DNA of 63,242 nucleotides, filler included, from Intoshia linei (lineage: Eukaryota > Animalia > Orthonectida), in assembly GCA_001642005.1 (NCBI GenBank). It is 4 parts of 4 records of this genome, joined end to end, with 100 filler letters (N's around TTAATTAATTAA, not from the genome) between each part and the next. Parts side by side here need not be neighbours in the genome. Positions count along the whole stretch, not along the records: positions 26,986 to 49,907 come from LWCA01000577.1; 3 more parts are not named here. One strand, written 5' to 3'. The position numbers were made by a program, and so were the translations under genes. The notes beneath the pieces were generated by a model. It was not told where the DNA came from. It was given only the letters and a program-made list of their open reading frames with translations, and searched no databases. Within the stretch, counting starts at the first letter, position 1. Each line of letters starts with the position of its first letter. Positions 27,376-40,200 of the stretch are shown in pieces.

Positions 27376-28368
27376 ATATTTTCCGTATAAAATTGTAAAC
27401 GTAGTTTCATATACAAATATAGAAGCAATAGAAAACGGGATTGAACAAATTTATGAATCCGTAGAGTCGATTTCAACAAACCAAGACCATATTCGTCAGC
27501 AGTCGGATTTTACAAATTCTACAATAATTAATTCACAATCACATGATCAGCATTTGAGTGATGGTTTCGATAAATATATCAAAATATTTGGCGTGTTTCC
27601 TACAAAATTAACATTTATGATATCTTTAGGTCTTTTAATGTTAAATGGTAAGTACATTTGTTTATTTATTAATACTTGCATGTTGTATTTTCATGTGTGT
27701 AGTTGTTTTAAAAATACATTTAGTTTTATGTAATTTTGCAATACTATATTCCTCATTTGATAATCTTAATAAAACAGCAAAATATACCACAATCAGTGTT
27801 GGATCATTTGGCAGTATAATTTCGATGTTGCTGTTATTTTTAATACCTCAAAATACAACGAAAATCCCATTTAAAGTAATGAAATTAAATTTCGAAATAA
27901 AAAATTTACATAATTGTTTTAAAATCCATTTAATTTAACGCCATAAGTATCTAGACCAGCAAAAAAATCGATAAAACTTAGATTAATAGAACCTAGGTTG
28001 ACAATTTTGGAATTTTACATATTATCCATTTTTATTTCTTGGTCCCCAGTGTGGGGACTCTCCACTAATATAATATACTTTTTCTATACATAGCTTAGTA
28101 TTGGATTTAAGAAATATGAATACTGTCCATTGCACAGTATACTGTATTATAGTTATATCAATTTAGATACCAATCTGTCCAATAATACTATGTTTTTCAA
28201 TATCAACAAATGTATACATGATGAGTTATTTCCAACTATTAACATGGATATATTACCTCATTTGGGTATTGTGTGGTATTAATATACTAAATTTTAAATA
28301 ATGTGAATTTAGGAATTGTGATTTACATTACTTATTCTTATAGAAATAGTAAAATAAAAAGTATCTGA
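27376..28368 (+). CDS. Cationic amino acid transporter (SLC7/CAT family), 3' exons only (27376-27647, 27724-27875, 28167-28275, 28313-28368)
   Basis: C-terminus IPQNTTKIPFKIPICPIILCFSISTNVYMMSYFQLLTWIYYLIWVLCGIVIYITYSYRNS matches the CAT C-terminal pattern (QPQ...FKVP.VP..P.LSI.VNIYLM..L...TW.RF..W...G..IYF.YG..HS). Confidence 0.85.
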
Positions 28369-28476
28369 GTATATAAAAAAAAATTAAATTTTAATTCACA
28401 TAATTGTCAATTATCAATGCCAATAAATGTTTAATTTTTAAAAAATATATAATACAGTAAATGGTAACGTGATGAA

Positions 28477-31400
28477 TCAGACATGGACAACTTTTTGGAG
28501 AATTTGGTTGATATTGAGTTTTTGTCCAAATGGTACTTTATATTTGTGTTTTAAACCGCTACGATTCGAGATTGTGGTATAATCATTGCAAACGTCTTTT
28601 CGGATACATTTGTCAATTTCAACAGATGTAAAAAATGAACAATTTATAGGTAAATTATAAATTCCGACTTGATAACAAAACATGGCTCGAGTAAATAGGT
28701 TTGACAATTGAAGCGCTAAACAAGCACGATATATGTCATCGTCTTTAACCATGTAGTACACCTGATCATGAATAGAACAACAAAAATGTGCGTCAATTTT
28801 TGATTTTGAAATAAAATTACGCATTGAAGTTATCAACAAGTGCAAATAATCTACCGCTGAACTTTGAACGACCCAATTTATTCTTGATTTCATAAAGAAT
28901 GTTCCACAATTTTTACTGTCTAATGCTCGGCTAATCATGCTATTCAAAACTGGAGTTCTAGCGTAATGCTTTGATGCAATTTTTTCTAATGTGTTGAACA
29001 TTACTGATTCTGATCCATCTTTCCACTCTCCGTTGATTTTTAACCCTAAATACAATATAGTCAGTCTAGAACAGTGCTTCCCAAACTTTTCCCACCATGG
29101 ACCACTTGTCACAAAAAAATCCCCTTAATCTTTAACACGTCACTAAGGTAATATTTATATTTTTTTATCATATATTCCTCCTTAAATAAAGTGCCCAGAG
29201 AAATACGTACTATCACTTTTAGTTTATTTGGAATAATTTTTATTCGTCATCATGGATAAGTAGTTTTGGCTTTACATTTAACACCAAATAAACTAAAATT
29301 GATAGTACGTATTTTTTCTGGCCACTTTACCTTAAATAGAAAATTTAAAATTTCAATTCAAAACAGTCTTAGAAAGGTGGACAGGGTTATATGACATTAT
29401 AATTCGTCTATAAAATTTTTAAGGGCTATTTTTCATTTTAGGTGTGTGGACCACTTTGGAAGCCACTGGTCTAGAATAATTAAGCATATATCAATTATAG
29501 ACGGAAATGTAGCTATTAGTTAAATTTAGGTATTCATGTGGTATTACACTCTAGATCTGGGATTGGAACTGTTATTTTAGCACGGATCAATATTTTTGGG
29601 TTAAATTTTTTAGTCAACAGTAAATAAAAGGGCATTTTACTTTAATTTTTCTTATTTATTATTTCAATTGATTTTTTTGATGAATCTAAGAAAGGGCTTT
29701 ACTAAGTTAAATATTTTAATCAACAGAAAACTGACTATATAAAATGTATCTAAACTATCAACGGTTCCTAAAATTCAAAAAGGTGGGAAACGTTAATATA
29801 ATGGTACGTCTTACTGGTCTGGACAAGAAAATACAAAAAGGGACAATTTTACCTACAGTGCGACATAAGTCTTAGGCACCCTACACATTCTCATTAAAAA
29901 ATACTATAAAGTTAATAAGGCGAATCTTGAACTTGAAATTAAATATCAGACTAATTAAAGAATTATCTCACCAATATATAACCATGCTGATGTCATATAC
30001 TACCTATAAAAAGATACATTTTAATACGGTCTTGAAAAAAATGTCTTAAATCATGAACCAGAAGTATTTAAATTAATTACAATTGGGTGCTTAAGACTTA
30101 TGTCGATCACTGTACATTAATATTATATTGTTAAAATATATATATTAAAAAAAGTGTCGATTTTGTCACGACTATTTTATGAACAAGATCATACCCAGTA
30201 TATATATTGCCAAATTTTACCAATTTACATTCACAAAATTCTTAGTAATAACAAAATTCTTGTAAATACAAAACAATTTGGGAACCATCGGACAAGATAA
30301 ACTTTGAGATAATTTACCTTTAGTTTTCTTGTATAAATCCATCATTTTATCAGTGATATCATCATTATTATCATTCCAATTTTTAGCCAAGGTTATTAAT
30401 AAATTGACATTTGCACCATAAATGCGAGCATAATTAATTTCTTTGGCTTGATTCCTAGTACAATTTAGTAAGTTTGCAGTAACAGTGTGCACATCTGTAG
30501 AGTCATGTTTATTACCATTCAGACACCTCCAAGAAATTGGAGTAGACCCATGTATTTTACTATACTGAGCGTCACCAAACAAAGAAGCAATCCACAATTC
30601 TTGAGAATCCACATCTGCACCAATCAAACTATACCCATCCGGAGGTCGAATCATTGCCTTCAATTCAGATCCCACAATCTTGGTATTATTACTAATAGCA
30701 GTCAACCAAGTAGATTCTGTAGCACGTCTTGTCACAGTACCACTAGAAACAATTCGTGGTAAAATGAAAGCTTCATTGTTTTTGACATTTGAATTTTTAT
30801 TGCAATTTTGACCCTTAATTTCAATTTCTTTCAACTCTTTGTCAAAATTATTGTAAAAAATTTGGGATTGTATTCGATCCTTATTATTATTCCAATAAGA
30901 ATTTTCACCGGATGCTTTACAAATATTCAAAAGTTGAGATTGATATTTTAAACTTGTTAAAATGTTTGACGAGATGGAGGTAATGAAACATTTTGATAAT
31001 GGGTTTCCAACATTGTTATAATCGCCTCCAGAATGAGGTAAACGATAAAATGAAAATTCTGGTAAATTGGGTAAAGAAATTGGACTTTTGGAATGAGAAA
31101 TATTTGCTGTAATTAGTTTTTTCATGTTTATATATAACTGTTCATTTTGAAATTCACTCTGATAATCATTTATGGGGACTAAATAACCCCACCCATTACC
31201 TCGAGTGTAATAAAGAGGAAATCCTTTCCACGACAGTCTCAATAGGGATTGAATGGTGCGCTTTAATAAAGAAATGTCAGTGGCAATAGGTTCAACACCA
31301 ATTCCAACCATTTTTCTATTGCTACATAATTTGAGATACCACTTGGGGTATTCTTTTATAATGTATTTGGTTTCGATATTATCCTTTTTTTGTGTAAAAA

Positions 31401-32874
31401 CTTGGCAATTTTCTTGGTCTGTGTACACAATTTTTAACGGTTTTTGAGTCCAATCTAACCACCAAACAAATGGATCAGACATGGCTTCATCATGAGTCAA
31501 CACTTTTTCAGATTCGACGACACTTTGTAATGTTTCATCAATCATAGCATTAATTTTACAAGACGATTCGTTACTGGAATCTATATACAATTTCCATTGG
31601 TCAGTTTTAATTGGTAATTTACATTTGTTCATTTCCAACATACCAGCCAAAGTAACGGGATGTGGAAACCTGTGTAAATACAGTGGCCATAATTTCTTAA
31701 AAATTTTAAATAGGGCTAAAACGTCATTGCAACAATAATTTACTAGACTATGAAAGTTTTCAGCTACATTGTCCAAATTTCCCTTGATAAAAATATTTCG
31801 ATATTGATCCTTTTCTAAAAGCGTCGATTCATTATAAAAAAATTTTTCCAATTCAAACAAACTATACATGCACGTTTTGTCCACCCAATAGTGGTTGTAT
31901 GACTTAGGTTGACTTTTTTCGGATTTAAAAGATTTAAACATGTTTCTCTGTTCAGATGTCATTCCTTGAATAGCAATCGCCATTGACATTGTATCTAAAT
32001 AATCCAATTTCGATGAACGCATGGAATATTCATCCTTGACAAAGGTACGATCAAAACAAATGTGGTGTCCTATAACGACTTTATTACTTTGATTTATATT
32101 GATGGGAATGAGGTTATTTGGGTCATAGATTGGATCGTATTCCTTTGACGTACAGTTAATCACGTTTTGAGTGCTATTTGAGTTTATAATCTTCATTTTG
32201 TCGGATAATGTCTGTGAACACCACGAATAAAAATACTTGCTTGTCATACAAACAGCTATCACTGGGCAAGTTGGTTCTTTTACTACAACTTCGGTATCAA
32301 AAAATAAAATGTTTTCTTCGATTCCTAAAACACTAGTCGTTGAACCATCTTTGTTATATCTAGTCCACCCAGATTTAAATTCCCAGTTTTTTTCTTCTGG
32401 TTTATAAGGTAATTCATTTTTTATAAGCATATTTTCAATTTCGTTGACTACATCTTTGACACAATCATTTCCAATATTTTTAAAGTGTTCATATATATTT
32501 TCACCCTCCAATTTCGGCATCTGCAATTTTTCAAATGCAATATTGTCAAGTTTGATTGGGCTTTCTGGAATTTCCATTTTTTCTTGTTTATAATTTGATA
32601 AATTGCATTTTACATCATCTACAGACAAAATATCTTTAGTTTTTGAATCGTTGTTTGTGTATTTTATACTTATTCCATGATTAGCTAAATCCTTTTTGAT
32701 TTTATCTACATTTTGTTTTGTTGTTTTTTTTCCTTTAAATATTATATCTTGTATAATTTTTGGTATTAGTTCTACTCCTAATTCATTTACATTTTTTTTA
32801 CAATTTTCTGCACTTATTTTACTGCAATTTTGTCTTGTCAAATTTGCTAAGTTTATCCATTTTAAAAATTTCAT
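28477..32874 (-). CDS. POLG: Mitochondrial DNA polymerase gamma catalytic subunit, 2 exons (32874-30318, 29045-28477), ~1041 aa
   Basis: Exonuclease motifs FDTEV, GHHICFDR and YCCNDV; GTVTRRA; Pol A GADVDSQELWIA; Pol B RNQAKEINYARIYGA; SRINWVVQSSAVDYLHL; Pol C SIHDQV. A phase-1 GT-AG intron joins KTKG|LKINGEW. Confidence 0.96.
29072..29468. mobile_element. hAT MITE in the POLG intron, with a second MITE nested at ~29188-29329
   Basis: CAGTGCTTCCCAAA...TTTGGAAGCCACTG; perfect TSD GTCTAGAA; the internal element has inverted ends AAGTGCCCAGAGAAATACGTACTATC / GATAGTACGTATTTTTTCTGGCCACTT. Confidence 0.85.
29856..30112. mobile_element. Tc1/mariner-type MITE in the POLG intron
   Basis: TA|CAGTGCGACATAAGTCTTAGGCACCC ... 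GGGTGCTTAAGACTTATGTCGATCACTG|TA. Confidence 0.8.
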
Positions 32875-33463
32875 AAAATATTAACTAACGATAATATATT
32901 TTCATATCAATGTTTGAATATAATGTCTTAGAATTGGTTTATGATTAATATTACAGTAGTGAATTATTTCTATTTTCTGTTTTTTATCAGTTGTTAGTAG
33001 TTTAAGGTCAATATCTGAAGTTAGCATATCTAGAGACATCTTCCATAGAGCTCGAAAAAATTTTAGTAAAATGGAAGCACCATTTTTCCAAATTCAGGTT
33101 TTAAAACATTTTATTTTTAAATATCTAACTATTTTAGTGTCTAAATTTAAAATTTCAAGCCCAGTCACATGGAGAGGTGACTAGAGACACTTCGAGATTT
33201 TAAGGAGCCTATTTTTCATTTTGATAAGGGGCTTGAGACTGGTAAGTTCGGCTCTTTCATTTTTTCAGTGGTCAGTGTTTACTGAATTATCTACGAAAAT
33301 AAAAAATGTACACAAAGAAACACGTCACATGTTTACATTTATAAGTAATCCATTATTTTTTTATTCTAAATGTGAACAATTTTAAATTTTGATAAAAAAG
33401 ATTTACTCTGAAATCACAATTTCCAAATTTACAGACAAATTAACATATTTCAACTGTTTAATA

Positions 33464-34204
33464 CAAGGATGGGCAACTTTATATGATGGCGGGTTGAATT
33501 GTAATTTCAAATGGTTGGGTGGGCCGGAAAAAAAAATTTAAGAATTTTAAAATTTTTTTTTGTTTGAATATATTTATTTTTTATTTTTGTGATTATGCTT
33601 TTAAATTTTTAACATTGAAATCTTGTCTATGTACATTGTACAATTCTATAGATGTTGATGATAGTAGTAAAACAAATGTCCATCAGTCAGATTAGTTCTT
33701 AAATTATTTTTTATATATTTTATTTTAGAGGCTAATGTAGTTCGCAACTACTTTTTAAAAAATGGTAATCTGGTATTTTGATCATGAAAATGCACTTTTT
33801 TGAGGTTGCCATTTATGATAATGCTTATGATTTTAATGACTATCCAGAATTTATGTTTCATTAAATTTTTGGTCAGATTTGGACTGATTTTATTTTTAAA
33901 AAAAAGAGAAAATGAGGTTTTTGACCTTGAAGGATTCAAATTCAGAAACTGAAAAATAGATATGAGCATTCCTGAGAAAAATTATATTAGAAATTGGGTG
34001 TTTAAATTCAAACACTGTCAATTTTTAAATATACAGTAATACACAAAGATTCAATTTTATATAAGTAAAAGATTAAATATAAAACTTTAATATTGTAATA
34101 TTTTATAATTGTAATTATAATTTAAATTTAAAAAAAATTTTTATAACAAAAATTATTGCGGGTCGGATCTCAACAGCTCGCGGGTTGTATGTTGCGTATC
34201 CCTG
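33464..34204. mobile_element. hAT MITE with an internal Helitron-like fragment
   Basis: CAAGGATGGGCAAC...GTTGCGTATCCCTG; flanks GTTTAATA/GTTTACGA. Confidence 0.6.
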
Positions 34205-34272
34205 GTTTACGATATCCTGAGTTTTTTTATGAATAAATTTCATTCAACATTTATATTTTTCAAAATGTTTAA

Positions 34273-37200
34273 TTATACAACAGAGTTGAGCAAAACGTTT
34301 GTACAACAAGAAATATTACAGCATTTAAAATTCAAAGGAATAATAACTTGGGCAATTTTTGAAAATGATGTTACTGTTATCAAGCAATCATTCATATACG
34401 GCATTTCTTTTTTGCAATAATCACAAATTGTTATTCTAAAAAATTATTATTGATAATGGTACGTATTTTTTCTGGCCACTTTAAATTATATCCATATATA
34501 TTACTTTAAACATAGTTATTAATATTAAAAAAATGGCAAAATGCTATTTTCAAAGGTGAACTGAATGAAATCTACGCGATCAATTTTTATAATATTTGAT
34601 TTTTCTATGTAACATTATATGCTCTATCGTTTAGTCACAATTAAAATCATCGATAATTTTGACCTTCGAACAGTGTTATTTACAAGTTATATCAAGTTCC
34701 AACTCCGGTCAACTAGAGAGAATAATGTATTGGAAATTACCTAAATTTTACTAGTGAATTTAATTGTTTTGTTTTATTTTCTTGGCGTAATAGATTTAGT
34801 GCACACAAATAACGCAATTTCTAATAAAATAATATATTATACATTTATATAATTACATAATTGTATACAGTCAGACTCGTCAATAATAAACGTTAAATGT
34901 CGGATTTTTGGCACATTCATTATTAAAAAATTTGGTGATTTAATGAATATTTTAAGAAATATCTGAACAATCAAGTTTATTTTATCATAATATACGTAAT
35001 CAAGTCTAATTCGTCAATAATTAACGGCAAACTTCATGCGATGGACACATTCATTAATTATTTCGGGGATTTAATCAACATTTCGAATTAAAGGGATACC
35101 TTTTTAAAAACTGTACCAATTTATGAACCAAAAATTGTAGATTTGTAAGAAAGCTAATGTTTTAAAAAACGTGCATATCTATTATATCCGATAGACCAGT
35201 GATTCACACCGTAGTCCATAATTAACAAAATTATTTTATAAAGGTTTAAAAATTTACTTAAGAATGCTAATATAAATTCATATATCTTTTAACATGAAAT
35301 GTCATCCGCCAACCGGGCATATGAAAAATGTTTATTTATGGAGGTCTATAGATTTTTTTAAATAAAATATTGTTTACAGCGAAAAAAAGATTGAGAAACA
35401 CTGCAATAGACTAATAAAAAGGTTATTTATAAACTTATTTTTGACAATATGCAACTGACAAAGTATAAAAAAATTTTATTTAATATACAGGTATAACTAT
35501 TGTCTTTTCATGTAATCTAATATGCAGCATCTTTTCTTTCTTTCCTTATCTACAATTTTTTTTAATTCATATATTTGTTCAATTTTATGTGGGATATTTT
35601 GAATAAAAAAAGATTCAATAGTTTCAAGAGTGCAAAATGCATTCAGAAATGTAAGCGGTATATTAGATAAAATATTATTATTTTCATTTGGCAAAGAAAT
35701 AATGTTTTCCTTTATATCTTCATGTGATTCGTCTGGACTTATGATATCAGAAATATCGTTTAATTCAATATCATATGGAATATAATCGATGTCAATTGAA
35801 GGCTCATTAATATTAAATAGTCCATCATACTCCTGCATTGATAATTCTATCGCTTTTTTATAACAATTAGATATTACTTCTGGTGATATGGATTTTCACA
35901 CTTCAATGATAAGTAAAACAGCGTCATAAAGTTTAATTTCTTTGAGACACTCTAAAAAATAAGTGTCATTATTATTTGATCGAATTGAGATTTTTGTATT
36001 CAATAATTTCCTATAGTGACTTTTAAAAGCACCTAATATACCTTGGTCGAGAGGTTGCATTCTAGATGTTACATTTGATGGGGAAAAAATAAATCTCAAT
36101 GTTATAATATTTACAGTGCTTAGGGTGTACAGGGGCATTGTCAAGTGGCAGAAGTATTTTTCTATTTTCCTCTTTCATTTTTAAATTAAATTTATGTAAC
36201 CACTGCTCAAAAACATTTATGGACATCCAGGCTTTGGTATTATTTTTATAATCTAATTTCAATTTGTACTGTGCTCTAAAGCTTAATATGAATTCATCGC
36301 CAACTAACTTTGATTCACCGCAGATAATTTTGGATGTAATGTTATGCCTTTTTTTAAAAGATAAGACATATCCATTTAAAGCAACAAAATCTTTAATTTT
36401 ATAGTTTTCTGCCATCTCCAAAGCTCTTTTTTTAAGGTTTTCATCTTGAATTGTGAAATATTTACTTGTTTTAACATTAAACCATTCAAATAATTCGGCG
36501 TCAAATATCTTTGTTTTGTAATTAGTAATTTTTAATTTGCTTCTTTTCATGTTGATGTGTATACAATTTTTAGTGATTTTATGATATTATTATTTCGGCT
36601 TGTCAGTCTTTTTTATAAACCAAAAAGACTGACAATTCATACCTAATAAAAAGTAATTACGTGACATATTTCAAAACTGTTAACATTCCATTTAGTTAAT
36701 AAATTTTTACATACCTTGGTCCCCTCTGTTAACAAATAAATATTTTTATTTTTTTCAGATTCATTATTAAAAAATCACGATAAGTAATGAATGTATAAGA
36801 AATTTACTATAGAAGGGATGAATTTTGACCAAAACTCGTTCATTATTTACGGTATTCATTATTGACGAGTTAGACTGTATATGGATATTAAATATACAAT
36901 GTACAGTGGTTTCTGTAAAATATGAATGTCAAGGGACCGGATATTTAAAATATTCATAATAAAGTTGGTTGTACAATATGAATATGAATTAAGAATGAAG
37001 TGAATATTAACACAAATGTATAAGTAATTATTTTTGCAATGGAAAATAGTTTCTAATTTTATTGTTATTTTCAATTTTTTCTTTTATAAGATCTGGTTTC
37101 ATCATAGTTAAATATGTCATTATTTCTATATTTTTCTACAGCTTCAGCAGAACATTGATCAGTAGGGATTGAAAATAATTAAAAATTAAGAATTGAAATA

Positions 37201-40200
37201 ATTTTACGATGAGCAATTGCTTTAGCCAGGTTCTTAAGAGTAGTCGATCAAGTTTTTTTGGATAACCAATAAGTTTGAATAAATAATTTTAAAAAATTAA
37301 AAAAAAATGTGAAAATATTGATTATAAAGTTGTAATAACTTCCCTGCATAATAAACAAGAGTGGATTAAAATTAAATATTTTTTTTAACTTTTTTACTGC
37401 TTTAAGATGTAAATAAAAATTTTTTAAATATGTTCTGAATTAACTGAAAATTTTTTGCAATTTAAATTAATAAATTCTAAGGACTCACTGTAAATAAGTT
37501 AAACAATGGATTTAAAAAAGCTAACAAAAAAATTTAAATTTGTGTACATGAGCCTACAATTATCATCTGGAGTGGACCACTGTTGGGCTGTCTATGGTCC
37601 TGAACGAGATAGGTGTATGATACAACTATACATCCAGGGATTGGAAATAATTGATTACAATTAATTATTTTGTATAAACCAATTAATTGTTTGCTAAATA
37701 TTAATTTTTCAATTAATTGGTTTTTTCATATAAATGAAAAAATATAAATTGAATCCTTTTATTGACAAATGTTTGGATGAAAAAATTAATTAATGAACAG
37801 AAAAATTATGTATTTAACCTACTAGCTTGACTTTTATGTACTTCGAACAAACAGCATTCTAGTATTCATTATAACCACATGACAGATTTTTAAAAATGAT
37901 TATGATATTGTTATCAATCTTCAATTAATTGAAATTTTTTATCTTTCATAAAGCTATTAATTGTTAAATATTTTTTCATTTTTCAATTAATTGCAAAAAA
38001 TTCAATTAATTGCAATTATTTCATATAAATCAATTAATTGAAAAATAATTTTTGAACAAACAATGAATTGATTATTTTTCAATAATTTTTACCAATTAAT
38101 TGCAATTAAATAGGATGCAATCAATTAATTACCACCCCTGTATACATCTATACAGTTAATAACATTATTTGATTGATTTTTTAATTTTTTTATAAATAAG
38201 TTCAACGTGTATCGATAAATTACCAACCCTATACTATTGGTATTTAAAATCTTCCTATTTTTCATTTTTCAAAAAATAATTGATTTGTTTTATTTTCATC
38301 AATTAATTCCAATTCCTTCTGATAACTGATCAAAATACCAGTCATTCAAATAATAATAATTATTATAATAATAATACATATGAAATTACCAATTTTTTAA
38401 AATTAATCGGCCTTATCGACAATAAGGGGTATTTGTGGTGTGGATCAATTTTTAACGTTTGTAGTAGAGGCAAAAATCTTAAACCAGCAGGGTACCATAA
38501 AATTTTATTACCAGTTAAATCGAGTTTCTTTAAATTCCTATAATACATTTAAGAAATAAACAACACAATTATTTCGGTATGTTAGAATACTTAACAATGA
38601 CTGTAATTAATAATATCAAAAATTACATCATTTTATCCATTGCAATATCGAAATTATCAATAAAATTATACGACAAATCTAATTGTTCTAATAATTTCAA
38701 ACTTCCCAAACTAAAAGAAAAAATAAAATTTATTTGATAATAAATAAGATTATTTACAATATTAATTATAATATTAATTATAATATTAATTAGTTAACAC
38801 GTAATGTACATGTAAATTTAATAATGTACTATGTTATGTTAGTTCTGCGTCATTTAAAAATTGGAATAAAAATAAAAAAAGTTCATAGTTTAGATAAATT
38901 AATACTAATTCTTAACACAAAATTTGTGTCACAAATTATATAACACTTACAAACACTTAAAAAACTCACTATCATCAACATTATAATTGTCAGTAAATTT
39001 TTGCGATTCTACGGATAATATTATTTTTATAATTAAATATCTATTATGACAATTTTTTAATTTATCTTTATTGTTATTATTATATTTTACTCATATTCAC
39101 AGTAAAAAATTGTAAAATTCCTTTATTTAGTTTAACATTATGCGCAATGCACACGTGAGTACTCCTTACATATTTATTACATAAAATGAATGTCGGTGTG
39201 TTTTTGTGTGAGTTTTACCGTCTGATTAAAAACCTAAGAGTCCTAGAATTTAAAAAAAATTTCTAATACAGTTTTGTAATTTGTATATTGAAGCCTACAA
39301 GTTTTATCTGACCGGATTAGAGCTACCACTATCCAAAAGTACCCAATATTTAGTAAGTTTTTAGTGCATTTTTATTCAAGTTTATTTTTTAGTTTGTAGT
39401 TTATTTCATTTTAATAATTGTAATAACATATGAAAATATATATATGAAAAATTCCCTTAATTCCCACAGTTCTCACAATCAGTTCTACCTGGTCCTGTCC
39501 ATATGCGCTGCATGTTACATAACATATACATTAAATTTATTATTGATTACTTGCAATGTATAATTTTAATCAAGCAATAAGGCATGCTTAACACCAATAA
39601 ATCCTTTAGAATTTTAATTTTTTCCGGGACTTTGTTAATAGGATTATTTCGAGCATATAAATACTTTAAATTTTTGCATTGGTATATTTGGTCAGGTATT
39701 TCCTAAATGAAACATTACTAATTATTGTAAATTAGGGGTCTTCCCCCTTTTTGATGAATGGCCACATTTTCTAAATTTAATAATTTTGTGGGCACGAAAT
39801 CTATCGATTACTCATTTAAATGAAATATGTGCGACGCACGCACATTGTGCGCGTTACAGTTTAATTAAAAATTAAGAATCTCCAAAAATCCAATTTATAA
39901 TACAGATTTTCGAGAATATTGTTTATTGCAAATTTTATTTTATTTGATTAAATTATAATTTATTTATTAAATATTAATTAATTTTCTTTTTTTACAAATT
40001 TTTATTTATATCGAGGCTGCGCCTGGAGATAAAAAAATTTAAATTTAAGAAAAAACTGGTCCAAAGGTTAATAAATTTAAATCAAATTAATTACCTGAAA
40101 ATGATTATACGATATGTTCAAGTATATTAAATTGTCAGCAATTATAGGAATTTTCGGTAGTTTGTCAATATTTAATGCCTAAAATTAATATATGGTAATT

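Noticed and set aside
30217-30317. POLG apparently split into two genes or frameshifted (885-aa and 211-aa ORFs)
   Set aside because: A phase-1 GT-AG intron (30317-29046) filled with MITEs joins them in frame.
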